Both the position numbers and the translations under genes were made by a program. Below, piece by piece: positions 29,598-38,706 of a stretch of DNA of 64,000 bases. Source of the stretch: Minisyncoccota bacterium (GTDB lineage: Bacteria; Patescibacteriota; Minisyncoccia; Phycocordibacterales; SW-6-46-9); contig JBBDRP010000002.1 in the NCBI GenBank assembly GCA_040905385.1, positions 595,403-659,402 on the forward strand, in the 5' to 3' direction. A model generated the notes under the pieces. It had not been told where the DNA came from, did not search any database, and saw only the letters and a list, made by a program, of their open reading frames with translations. How positions within the stretch are numbered: position 1 is the first letter of the stretch; every line of letters starts with the position of its first letter.

Positions 29598-30389
29598 TTA
29601 AAAACTCGCATCCTCGCTCGAAGCCGCTGCTGGAGCGATAATTTCGATTCGTTCATTACCAGCATTATCAATTGCCTTTACATAGATATGACTTTTCAGG
29701 TCCTGATCACGCAGCAAATAAGGGCTGCTTGCCTCCTGCCAAGCCGATAAAAACCTTAAAAACGTAAATCGAACCTCCTTAACCTCATACCGATCTATAC
29801 CCGAACCTTTATCCTGCGTTTCGAATACAAGAACTGCATTATTGTCAAAAAGCCTATGACGCTGCACGACCTCTGGGCTAAATGATTGTGGGCTTATACT
29901 ATCCACTCCAGCATCCGTATTGATCTCTGTTTTGTTTTCAGACCTAACCAAGGACAGCTGTACATCGGCCGGCGTTCCGGATCCGTCATTTAGTAAGGCC
30001 ACAAAGTCTTCTACTCTTATCTGATCCTCACCTCCCCCTAAAGTCTCGAAGGTAACAGAGAATATCACTCCTCTATCACCGTAGTATCCACCAGGGGTAA
30101 TCCCGGAAAAAGCTATCATTCCGTCCGTTACTTGCGGTTTCTCTATCCATAAGTTAACAAAGGAACTACCGCTATTTATACGTTTCACCTGCAAAGAATC
30201 ATCCGCGTACAGAATCTCACCCTGGACAGCATTGATGGTTTCGCCTTGCGTGTCGACAATGACATCAACACTAAACCTCTGCTCATCATCCAAAAAGTCC
30301 GGAAATATCCCTATCACGTGTAGCAACAAGGCAATAAAAACAATCCCGGTAAGTGTACTGTATGAAGTTATTCTGCTTTTATAATTCAT
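29598..30389 (-). CDS. Membrane-anchored cohesin-like domain protein (paralog of the N-terminal half of 27782..29560)
   Basis: N-terminal TM; INAVQGEILYADDSLQVKRINSGSSFVNLWIEKPQVTDGMIAFSGITPGGYYGDRGVIFSVTFETLGGG parallels the cohesin-like block of its neighbour; shared GSGIDRYEV / YVKAIDNAGN block. Confidence 0.5.
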   Translation of the reverse strand: MNYKSRITSYSTLTGIVFIALLLHVIGIFPDFLDDEQRFSVDVIVDTQGETINAVQGEILYADDSLQVKRINSGSSFVNLWIEKPQVTDGMIAFSGITPGGYYGDRGVIFSVTFETLGGGEDQIRVEDFVALLNDGSGTPADVQLSLVRSENKTEINTDAGVDSISPQSFSPEVVQRHRLFDNNAVLVFETQDKGSGIDRYEVKEVRFTFLRFLSAWQEASSPYLLRDQDLKSHIYVKAIDNAGNERIEIIAPAAASSEDASF

Positions 30390-30398
30390 GTTTTAAAA

Positions 30399-31451
30399 TT
30401 AACCGGTCCAGTGGAAGGCCATGATACTAAAGTCAGTTAAATCAACCTGCCCATCACGCTTTAAATCAGCAATATCTGGCGGTGAAGGCCGGTTGTACCA
30501 GTACGCAAGAATTGAGAAGTCAATCAAGTTCACGTTACCGTCTTCATTAACATCACCAATTAACCCAGTTTCCGTGGTTTCTCTGTACACATCCCTTGTC
30601 CCGACAGAGAAATTAACAGATTTACTGAATGGACTTATATCTTCGTCATGAATGGATCTTGATCTGGTTAAGTGATCACCTGTCTCTAAAAGAGAAGTAT
30701 CAAGATTATACAGATAGATACCATCATCATCAGCAGTAGCATTAGCAAAAATCTGATGCTCAGAATTTATGGTTATTGAGATATTTGACTCCGGTGTACT
30801 CTGACCAAAAATTACTAAGTTATTACCACGACGAACTTCTCTTTTATCCGTTGTTAACGTCGGCGCAAGAAAGACTCCTGATATATCAACTGATGAATCC
30901 TCAGTTACACTAACAGGGAACGTCTTTAAGGATGAGCGCTCCCCATTAATATCCTCACTGTATACTGAGAAAATATACCCTCCGAGTTCTAGGTCAGAAA
31001 CCCGCATCGAGAAGGTTGCATCCTGACTAGCCTGCGTAGTAGCTATTATCCTTGCGTCCTGAAGCAGAGTTACTGTTTCTCCTGGATAAGCCTTACCTGA
31101 TATTCTCACCTCCGCTTCATCATCGTCATCATCACCACCTCCACCGCCACCACCACCGCCGTCATCTGATGAAGGTGGTGGAGCAATACATTCAGACGTA
31201 TCGAAAGAGCAATCAGAACTACAGCTTAACGTACCACCTTCATAATCGAGCGTTGAGCACGTTTGACCATTAAGATCACCATTATCACACTGCTCACCAC
31301 CTTCCTTTACGTTATTACCACAAATACTTACCTTGACGGTGGTATCAATTGACGCCGTGCTCGCCCACACAGTCGCCACACCATAGGCAGCAAAGCTACC
31401 TAGTAATAAAAAAACCGTAGTTATACGCCAGCATGATATTTGTAAGTTCAT
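30399..31451 (-). CDS. Secreted Cys-rich protein with a C-terminal dockerin-like repeat pair
   Basis: Signal; 11 Cys in the N-terminal region; G9D5 linker; C-terminal DVNEDGNVNLIDFSILAYWY and DLKRDGQVDLTDFSIMAFHW (Ca-binding loop plus hydrophobic helix, dockerin type I pattern). Confidence 0.6.
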   Translation of the reverse strand: MNLQISCWRITTVFLLLGSFAAYGVATVWASTASIDTTVKVSICGNNVKEGGEQCDNGDLNGQTCSTLDYEGGTLSCSSDCSFDTSECIAPPPSSDDGGGGGGGGGDDDDDEAEVRISGKAYPGETVTLLQDARIIATTQASQDATFSMRVSDLELGGYIFSVYSEDINGERSSLKTFPVSVTEDSSVDISGVFLAPTLTTDKREVRRGNNLVIFGQSTPESNISITINSEHQIFANATADDDGIYLYNLDTSLLETGDHLTRSRSIHDEDISPFSKSVNFSVGTRDVYRETTETGLIGDVNEDGNVNLIDFSILAYWYNRPSPPDIADLKRDGQVDLTDFSIMAFHWTG

Positions 31452-32056
31452 TATTTACGCTGAACACCTATCGAGAAGGAGAATCGTCGCTTTATATACA
31501 CAACAAGCAACGTAGTTACAATAATCGCCAGGAGTGAGTACGACCACGGACTATAACGCTCTAAGATACTGAGCGTACGATAATAAACACCCTGGATGAA
31601 GTTAGCCGGCGCGACCGAGAAATTCAGCTTGGACGCCGCGGCAATCCCAATACTGGTACCACCGGACTCAGACGTACTGACCGGCCGCGCCTCCAGAAAG
31701 GCGAAGTACTCGCCCGGAACTGTTTTGATCGGGATATCCAGCTGAATACCCACCGCCCGTGTCTGGCCGGGCTCAAGCGTAAACGTCTCTGGCGAGAAAA
31801 CAAACCACTCTTCCGGCGGGCGCATCTCCTCCTGGTTCTCATGATACTCAATAGACATGGTGTAGCCGGAGGTCTCATCACCAGTATTGATAACCATCAC
31901 GGATGGCAGTGTATTCACCGCTCCGGGATTCAGCGGCTTGTCTACCTGAATCTTGCCGGTGCCGACCCCCACCCCGATCGCTCCAAACGTAACGACCGGA
32001 AGCGAGAGGAGTAAAAGGATGGCTGTAAGCTGGATTGTACGGGTAAGTACGTTCAT
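31451..32056 (-). CDS. Surface beta-sandwich protein with a C-terminal TM anchor and short basic tail
   Basis: Signal peptide; C-terminal TM LLAIIVTTLLVVYI + KRRFSF; its stop overlaps the downstream start (TAATG). Confidence 0.4.
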   Translation of the reverse strand: MNVLTRTIQLTAILLLLSLPVVTFGAIGVGVGTGKIQVDKPLNPGAVNTLPSVMVINTGDETSGYTMSIEYHENQEEMRPPEEWFVFSPETFTLEPGQTRAVGIQLDIPIKTVPGEYFAFLEARPVSTSESGGTSIGIAAASKLNFSVAPANFIQGVYYRTLSILERYSPWSYSLLAIIVTTLLVVYIKRRFSFSIGVQRK

Positions 32057-32125
32057 GCAAAAAAACCTTACGAAAAAGAGCTTCTTAACCTGCTCTTCTT
32101 TATGTTCACGATATCACAACCCGGA

Positions 32126-32641
32126 TTAGTTGGCGACCGCCTGTACCGTCACATCAGCATTTTTCTGATCCGTATCAGTAGAGCTAGTTGGAGTAGTGAT
32201 CTCCAGATCAAATGTCTGAGTGCCGGAGGAAGCTATTGCGGTTGCTAGTGTTTGGTAGCTGGTGGTGAGGGCCGTCCAGCTACTACCGGTATCAGTAGAG
32301 AATTTATGAACATACTGATCAGCTGCCGGAGTTGCAGCTAGTGTCCAGTCCGTTCCACTTCCTGATGCAGCATTCTGACCCTGAATATTGAGATCTATGG
32401 TGGTGTTTCCATCGTTGGTGGCAGTCTGCTGGTCTCCGAGAGTTTGTGTGTCCTCGGTTGTACTAGCCGACAGTACACCGTAATCGATAGCCCCATCAGC
32501 AACAGAGACAGAGATATTCTGAAACTGCACCGTTGCCGCTACGGTAGCTGAGTCCTGAGCAACTGCATAAGAGGCGACCATTAGGCCGGCAATTATAGGA
32601 ATAACGAATAGTAAAGAGGTTTTTTGCATATACTGTTTCAT
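32126..32641 (-). CDS. Secreted surface-subunit-like protein (short paralog)
   Basis: Signal; about 120-aa domain shared with 32755..34176 (IDYG..TIDLNI.GQ..WTLAAT...DQYVH.FSTD.G..WTALTT..QTLAT.IA..GTQ.FDL....DVTVQAV). Confidence 0.45.
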   Translation of the reverse strand: MKQYMQKTSLLFVIPIIAGLMVASYAVAQDSATVAATVQFQNISVSVADGAIDYGVLSASTTEDTQTLGDQQTATNDGNTTIDLNIQGQNAASGSGTDWTLAATPAADQYVHKFSTDTGSSWTALTTSYQTLATAIASSGTQTFDLEITTPTSSTDTDQKNADVTVQAVAN

Positions 32642-32754
32642 ATTATGTATGTACTGATAAGATAAATTCGTACCTTTACTCTAGATTAGCACAGGAAATA
32701 AGAATATTTATGTCAAACGGTGTGGAAAACTTTCAGGGCAGTATTACGTGTAAA

Positions 32755-34176
32755 TTACTGCTGTACGGCCTGCACCGTCACATCCACCGACTGCTCGGTG
32801 TCACAGGATGAATCGGTCGGTGAAGTAAGCTGGAGGTCAAAATCCTGGGTGCCGGCGGCGGCAATACCAGTAGCTAAGGTTTGATTGGTAGTAGTTAGCG
32901 CCGTCCAGACGCCGCCGCTGTCGGTAGAGAACTCATGCACATACTGGTCAGTACCAGCCGTGGCGGCCAATGTCCATGGACATGCGGTATCCTGGCCGAC
33001 AATATTAAGATCAATGGTGACGTCTCCAGTGTTAGTGACTGTCTGGGTATCTCCAAGCGATATGGTGTCATTGGTATTTCCGGCCTGCACCCCACCGTAA
33101 TCAATCGATCCGTCGGATACAGTAATGGAAATCGTGGCAGCGGTGGTAAAGGAGTAGCACAGCCCCGAATCGGTAAAGGTGCCGCTGCCGTCCGGATCCA
33201 GTGCCGAGGCCTCCCACCAGTACTGGGTACCAGCCGTTAAGGCATCGCCAGACTGGACGGTAAAATCTCCCTGCGTGCCAGATGTGTAGCAGCTGGTGGG
33301 GCTATTTGTACAGGTGGCATCGGTGCCGGCCCAGCCGGTGGAATCAACCGACTGATCATGGGTCTGTACCACGGTTGAACAGCCAGAATCCGAATAAATT
33401 GTAGTCTTGTAGCCAAGATTATCACCGTCCGGATCCGTCGTCGTCATCAGGAAATTCGGGGTTTTACTGACGTCAGTCGCACCATCAGTAGGCGCATCCT
33501 GGGATGGTGCATTCGGGGGCTGGTTGGGCGGTGTGTACTCAACCGTTACTCGCACCCGATACACGCTCACAAGCTGAGGTGGGCCTCCGGTATCTTTTAT
33601 GTACCGCAGTATGACCCCGAAATTTGCCGAGGTAACATCCGCCTGTGTCAGCCCAGCTCCCCACCCATCCGCAGATCCGCCGTAGGTTTGTATTGTCTTG
33701 GTTGTTTGTGATAGATTACCTGCTTTATTATCACCTACCCCGTTACTTCCATCAGTGGTGAGCTGAACCGTATCATCAGACACAGAAGTATCCTGGGTCA
33801 GCCACTCTACCTCAACCGTTACGCCATCAATTGTCGAGTCAGCGGGAATATCTGTGGATGTAAAGCCAAAGTTTGTAGCCGACAGCACACTGGTGAAGGA
33901 ACCATTTCCACCCAGGTCACAGGTGGTGGCCGTGTCGGTGGTATCGCCAGTGGCATTACCAATATTTTCCCAAGAACACTTATTTGTCACCACCTCCGTT
34001 GCCGTGCCGGTATAGTAGGTACTGGTCGTATCGGCGGAGGCAACCTGCGGCTGCGGCGGAATATCCGGATTCGAGGATAGCTGCGGCCAGCCGGAAAAGA
34101 TCCACAAAAGTGCGACTAATGTAGCTATTGCTGGGGTAAGATACTTCACGGTACATATTATACTACACATTTTCAC
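32755..34176 (-). CDS. Secreted surface-subunit-like protein (long paralog with a T/D-rich N-terminal extension)
   Basis: Signal; the C-terminal domain is homologous to the 32126..32641 product. Confidence 0.45.
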   Translation of the reverse strand: MKMCSIICTVKYLTPAIATLVALLWIFSGWPQLSSNPDIPPQPQVASADTTSTYYTGTATEVVTNKCSWENIGNATGDTTDTATTCDLGGNGSFTSVLSATNFGFTSTDIPADSTIDGVTVEVEWLTQDTSVSDDTVQLTTDGSNGVGDNKAGNLSQTTKTIQTYGGSADGWGAGLTQADVTSANFGVILRYIKDTGGPPQLVSVYRVRVTVEYTPPNQPPNAPSQDAPTDGATDVSKTPNFLMTTTDPDGDNLGYKTTIYSDSGCSTVVQTHDQSVDSTGWAGTDATCTNSPTSCYTSGTQGDFTVQSGDALTAGTQYWWEASALDPDGSGTFTDSGLCYSFTTAATISITVSDGSIDYGGVQAGNTNDTISLGDTQTVTNTGDVTIDLNIVGQDTACPWTLAATAGTDQYVHEFSTDSGGVWTALTTTNQTLATGIAAAGTQDFDLQLTSPTDSSCDTEQSVDVTVQAVQQ

Positions 34177-34225
34177 TCACAAATACGGCTTATAAGATAC
34201 AACTCATCACGAAACGCTGGATAAT

Positions 34226-34262
34226 AAAAACACCTCATCGAACAGTATGTTCGATGAGGTGT
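34226..34262 (-). terminator. Intrinsic terminator of the lipoprotein gene
   Basis: Perfect 13-bp stem CACCTCATCGAAC-agtat-GTTCGATGAGGTG; T5 on the transcribed strand. Confidence 0.7.
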
Positions 34263-34280
34263 CTGAGTTAATGATTTCAG

Positions 34281-34856
34281 TTAGTTTCCTACATAATTTT
34301 CCGGTCGCACCAGGTTTCCTTGACCACTTACGGTATACGTATGGAACTCCCAGGTATTCCAAATAGCCCAGTCCGAGTTACCGGTATAACGCGGATCAGT
34401 TTCGTGCACGATGACGTAATTGTAGGTTCCGTTATTATCGTAGCCAGAGCACTTGATGTCGTTGATGATCCAGCCTGAGTCCAGGAACGGATCATTTTCG
34501 AAGGATCCGCGATACTGAACTTGATAATCACACACGGTAAGTGTGGATTGATCTAGTTCATCGACAGAGTTAACTGTTCCTTGCTCACGACCATCTCCGA
34601 GATCCAAGTACCAGTCTCCAGCGGCATCATACGCATACAGTGCTGTGTACTTTCCGGTCACGACCTCTCCTTCATCAGGAATACCGTTATCATCCTCGTC
34701 CTTGAAATTACTTTTAACGGTAGAGTTCTGGTTTTCCGTAACCTCAGCAAGATCATAGGTGTCTGCGTCTGGTGCTGTTGGTACCTCTGTAGAATCACAT
34801 CCCATCATGATTATCATGAAAAAGATGATACTGAAAATACTAATTGACTTTGTCAT
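34281..34856 (-). CDS. Putative lipoprotein
   Basis: Signal with lipobox-like IIMMGC. Confidence 0.5.
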   Translation of the reverse strand: MTKSISIFSIIFFMIIMMGCDSTEVPTAPDADTYDLAEVTENQNSTVKSNFKDEDDNGIPDEGEVVTGKYTALYAYDAAGDWYLDLGDGREQGTVNSVDELDQSTLTVCDYQVQYRGSFENDPFLDSGWIINDIKCSGYDNNGTYNYVIVHETDPRYTGNSDWAIWNTWEFHTYTVSGQGNLVRPENYVGN

Positions 34857-35010
34857 TTAGTCTCCGTTTTTTTGGTTTTGATTTGTTAAGTAGCAATTAA
34901 GCCGATGAGTATCTTTACATAAAATAGTTTATTTGTCAACTAAAATAAAAAGTATTGAAACGACGAGTATCTATACACCTCAAATCTCCTTAAAGTAGCT
35001 GATCCTAGGT

Positions 35011-35046
35011 GAATAAGGCCAAAAGCTAAATAACTCACCCGGATGA
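35011..35046. terminator. Hairpin GCTAAATAACTCA-cccgga-TGAGTTATTTAGC, a terminator-like element that recurs at 56038-56069
   Basis: Perfect 13-bp inverted repeat; A4/T4 flanks. Confidence 0.5.
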
Positions 35047-35116
35047 GTTATTTAGCCCGTCGGTCGGTTCATAACCTTTACGAATTTTCTATCTTCTTCT
35101 TGGCGACCACCAGGAA

Positions 35117-35485
35117 CTAAGCCGGTAACACATCATGCACCTCCTCGGGAGTTATCTTCAGCAGGGCACTGACGGTACGATCGGGAAACTCCTCGGCTGC
35201 CCAGTCCTGAATCTCCTCGAACTCATCTCCGGCTGTAACGTACTCGACCTCTCCTTTTATCTGGTAGGCCGTCTCAAAACCAGTCCAGCAGGTAAGGGCA
35301 ACACGAGCATCACTTTGTATATTTTCGGCAGTCTTTTTAAAGAAATAGTTAACCAGCCAGATCTGCCCATCACGTACAAACACCGTCGAGACCGGAACGG
35401 CGTTAACTCCGTGAGGACCGGTCGTGGCCAGCACCTTGCTTTCAGCAGATAAAATTGCATCGGTGACCTTCTGTGTAAGTTTCAT
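35117..35485 (-). CDS. Pyridoxamine 5'-phosphate oxidase-like FMN-binding split-barrel protein
   Basis: About 120-aa PNPOx-like pattern (ATTGPHGVNAVPVSTVFVRDGQIWL). Confidence 0.55.
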   Translation of the reverse strand: MKLTQKVTDAILSAESKVLATTGPHGVNAVPVSTVFVRDGQIWLVNYFFKKTAENIQSDARVALTCWTGFETAYQIKGEVEYVTAGDEFEEIQDWAAEEFPDRTVSALLKITPEEVHDVLPA

Positions 35486-35486
35486 A

Positions 35487-36512
35487 TTATGAATTAGTTA
35501 TTTTACTCTTAGCAACCACCAGCATACTTTCCGACCAGCCGAGTGGATTATTCTCATTCGGCTCGTCAGTGTTTGAGTAGTACAGCTCCGGAACGCCGGC
35601 CTCGGTGACCGTCTCCTCGGCCTGCTCCAGCCAGTACCGGGCCGCCTCGTCATCACCACGCTCATGGTGAATGATTGCCAGCCACGGGAAGCCGAAGCAC
35701 CACTCGGCTTCCTCGGAAAAGCCGTCCTCGTTGCGGTTGTAGTAGTGATCATTCTTGTAGCGCACCACCCCGCGCCGCCGGGCCAGATGATACTCCAGCC
35801 GCTCCAGGATAATGTCGCCAACCGTCTCATCCACGAGATTGTACGGATAGAAAAGCGACAGCTGCGCGAGGTCACAAAACTTGCTTTCCGACTCCCGTGG
35901 CAAGAGATCTGCTAGCGCCGCCTCGCCCTGAGTAATCAGCTCATCCGGAACATGGATAAAATCAAGCCGGGCAACCTGCCGCAACCCAGCCACACAGGCA
36001 CCGACTGATGATGCATGCACCTCCTCGTACTCCTCCCAGACACCATTGTCGGGATCATGCCAGTACTCAATCGAGGCCAGGTAATCTACGAGTCTTTGGA
36101 TCGTCTCCTGATCCTCTGGCTGTATAACACCGTAGCCGGTCGCCTCCAGATCACCCAGCTTGTATAGGATTGCGCCGACCGCATCATTCTGCTTGTTGCC
36201 CCACTCCTCCCAAAACTCCTCGAAGGTCTCTGGATGATAACGCGCATGAATGTACTGCCAGCTTTCGTGTGGGCGATGCTCTGCCGCCCAGTCAATCTTG
36301 TCGCGATGCTTGTTGAAAATCTCCAGAATTGCCCGCCACATCGCCTCAACCAGCTCCCATTCACCGGCTGCTTCCAAGCCGAGTGATATATAAAAGTTAT
36401 CTCGCAGCCAGGCCTTGTCATAGCCGGTCTCTACCCCTTGTGACGAGGCCAGGAAAAGCCCACCGTTAGAACGAAGCTTTTTGATATTCTCAACATGTTG
36501 GTTAATGTCCAT
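35487..36512 (-). CDS. Glycoside hydrolase family 15-like (glucoamylase/glucodextranase-related) protein
   Basis: AWLRDN motif; alpha/alpha-toroid-like W-rich sequence. Confidence 0.5.
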   Translation of the reverse strand: MDINQHVENIKKLRSNGGLFLASSQGVETGYDKAWLRDNFYISLGLEAAGEWELVEAMWRAILEIFNKHRDKIDWAAEHRPHESWQYIHARYHPETFEEFWEEWGNKQNDAVGAILYKLGDLEATGYGVIQPEDQETIQRLVDYLASIEYWHDPDNGVWEEYEEVHASSVGACVAGLRQVARLDFIHVPDELITQGEAALADLLPRESESKFCDLAQLSLFYPYNLVDETVGDIILERLEYHLARRRGVVRYKNDHYYNRNEDGFSEEAEWCFGFPWLAIIHHERGDDEAARYWLEQAEETVTEAGVPELYYSNTDEPNENNPLGWSESMLVVAKSKITNS

Positions 36513-36515
36513 ATA

Positions 36516-37037
36516 CTAAGCAGCCACCTTCATATCTTTATGTGCCCGGGCCAGATCCGGATGCTGCAGCTTCAGTCCAATATTCTTGGCAGCCAGATCG
36601 GCGTCCAGTTGCTGGATGTCGGTAATCCGACCCCACATCTGTGCCTCGAAATAAGAGATCGTCTCCTCGTCCGTGCCCGGATCCGTTTCCTGATTTTTTA
36701 GTAGTGACTTCTCCAGCTGATCCTGCAGTAGTTGTAGCTTTTTTTGCATCAGTGCAACGCCGAGATACTCCTCAGGAAGCTCATCAGCACTCCATTCTCG
36801 ACCCTTGAGCCGAACCGTCCAGCCCTCCTCAAGCTGCTCACTAAACTCATCCAGATCAGCAACCACCTTCTGCTCGGCAACTTCGAATGCCTCCTCGGAT
36901 GAGATACGCTCTCGACCACCATTCTCTGCCTTTTCGTTCGTATTACCCTCCGCTGATATGTTGTTGAACTGTTCAAAGGATGGTGCCATGGAATGATATA
37001 TAAGCGAATAATGTTCCTCTATAATAGCACGGTTCAT
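36516..37037 (-). CDS. Hypothetical acidic protein (first gene of the 3-gene operon with GH15-like and PNPOx-like)
   Basis: 4-nt gap to the next gene; coiled-coil-like. Confidence 0.4.
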   Translation of the reverse strand: MNRAIIEEHYSLIYHSMAPSFEQFNNISAEGNTNEKAENGGRERISSEEAFEVAEQKVVADLDEFSEQLEEGWTVRLKGREWSADELPEEYLGVALMQKKLQLLQDQLEKSLLKNQETDPGTDEETISYFEAQMWGRITDIQQLDADLAAKNIGLKLQHPDLARAHKDMKVAA

Positions 37038-37148
37038 CTGCCTGCAACCGAACTACCAGACTATCCGAATATTTCGTTAAATAAAAAACTTCTTTTCCTC
37101 CGGACAAATTGGTATCATGTAGCCAATACTAGCTAAAATCTAAAAAAT

Positions 37149-38018
37149 ATGACTTATATTCAAGATAAAAATCACGGGTCCACAATCGGCGTTATTATTT
37201 TTATCATCGCGATTCTCGCACTGGGTGCATTTCTCCTGTTCAGTAGTGATAACCCGAATGGTGACGCAGGCGATTCTACGGCTACCATCAGTCAATCTGA
37301 ATTTATCTCTGTGAAAACTCCCGGAAGTGGCGATCAAATCTCCAGCCCACTGACCGTCTCTGGTAAAGCCCGCGGCCAGTGGTACTTCGAGGCCGACTTT
37401 CCGGTCGAGGTTGTAGACAACGCCGGCAATTCTCTTGGTATGGCCCCAGCCACCGCCGACGGTGAATGGATGACCGAAGACTTTGTCCCCTTCAGTGGCC
37501 AAGTCAATTTTGACGCCAGCGCAGCCGAAACAGCTGACGGTCGCGTAATTTTCCATCGCGCCAACCCGTCCGGTCTCGAGGAGAATGCTGACTCCATCGA
37601 GGTTCCAGTAACCTTCAGTGACGAGGAAGCTGCTACCACCACCGTCAAGGTTTTCTGGAGTAATGACGCCGCGGCCGTCGCTGGTGACTGCTCGGTCGTC
37701 GGGAGTTTCGAGCGAGAGATTCCGGCCACACAAGCCGTCGGCCAAGCAGCCCTGAGTCAGCTACTAGCCGGACCTACTGCTACAGAAGTATCTGACGGCT
37801 TCTCTACCAACATCCCTGATGGAGTCTCAGTAAATAGCCTTCGTATTGAGGACGGAGTAGCCTACGTCGATTTCTCTGCCGAACTTAATCAGATTGGCGG
37901 ATCCTGTCGCGTCACCGCAATCTACAATCAGATACATAAAACGCTGCTGCAGTTTTCATCCGTTGATGAGGTAGAGATCTCCGTTGACGGAGAAACCGAA
38001 GCCATTCTGCAGCCATAA
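37149..38018 (+). CDS. Secreted Gmad2 Ig-like + GerMN domain protein
   Basis: N-terminal TM; SPLTVSGKARGQWYFEADFPVEVVDNAGN (Gmad2-like) and a C-terminal GerMN-like block (AALSQLLAGPT...VAYVDFSAEL...). Confidence 0.6.
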   Translation: MTYIQDKNHGSTIGVIIFIIAILALGAFLLFSSDNPNGDAGDSTATISQSEFISVKTPGSGDQISSPLTVSGKARGQWYFEADFPVEVVDNAGNSLGMAPATADGEWMTEDFVPFSGQVNFDASAAETADGRVIFHRANPSGLEENADSIEVPVTFSDEEAATTTVKVFWSNDAAAVAGDCSVVGSFEREIPATQAVGQAALSQLLAGPTATEVSDGFSTNIPDGVSVNSLRIEDGVAYVDFSAELNQIGGSCRVTAIYNQIHKTLLQFSSVDEVEISVDGETEAILQP

Positions 38019-38373
38019 AGTTTATTTACAGAATTCAAAAATCCTACTGTAACAGCAAAAGTACATCCCGTACACGAAAAAATGCCAATTTCAATCCCTT
38101 TACTGTGGATTTATCTGTGCATAATATGTGTATAGTAATGGTGTTCTGAAATAGTAATCAGAACTGTCAATAGATACGTCGAAAGCATCCCCTGGGGCAC
38201 CTGTTTTCCAGAGAAACCACATTTACTACTTGACATCTACGTATTGTGGATTACTTGGCTGGAAAAACATATCGTAATCTAGTGCAACTTACTACAATAA
38301 AACTACGTCCGTGTGAAGAGGGAGACTGTGCTCTTTTACAAGCCTAATATTACTAGTTTTAAGCCACTATATC

Positions 38374-38574
38374 ATGACCAAAGCTCATCTGGGTTCAACA
38401 CAACGATCTCAGCATCTTGGTTACGGATTCAAGCCACGCAGTAAGCTGGATTTATTTAATCCAGGTCTGGACAAGGAGGCCAACGAAGAGGTTGTTGCCT
38501 TTCTCAAGTGGATGGATAGGCAGGACCACAGCGGTACTGCCACCAATGATCTGAGACACTCAGCGCAAGCATAA
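38374..38574 (+). CDS. Small hypothetical protein
   Basis: 66-aa ORF inside a 690-bp otherwise non-coding stretch. Confidence 0.25.
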   Translation: MTKAHLGSTQRSQHLGYGFKPRSKLDLFNPGLDKEANEEVVAFLKWMDRQDHSGTATNDLRHSAQA

Positions 38575-38610
38575 ATGATAAAACTTATCATTACAACTTG
38601 CCTGGCTACG

Positions 38611-38640
38611 TAAAGCCACAGAAGACAGCTGTGGCTTTAC
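38611..38640 (+). terminator. Hairpin terminator-like element AAAGCCACAG...CTGTGGCTTT
   Basis: 10-bp stem with T3. Confidence 0.4.
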
Positions 38641-38706
38641 TATGAATTTTTATACTCAAATTTACCGGGACGCAGAAGAGAATAAAAGTACGGTATACTA
38701 AAAAAT

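Noticed and set aside
37140-37745. 201-aa minus-strand ORF overlapping the Gmad2/GerMN gene
   Set aside because: The plus-strand ORF has a signal/TM segment, recognisable domains and sits in an operon-consistent position; the minus ORF is Gly/Arg-rich shadow sequence
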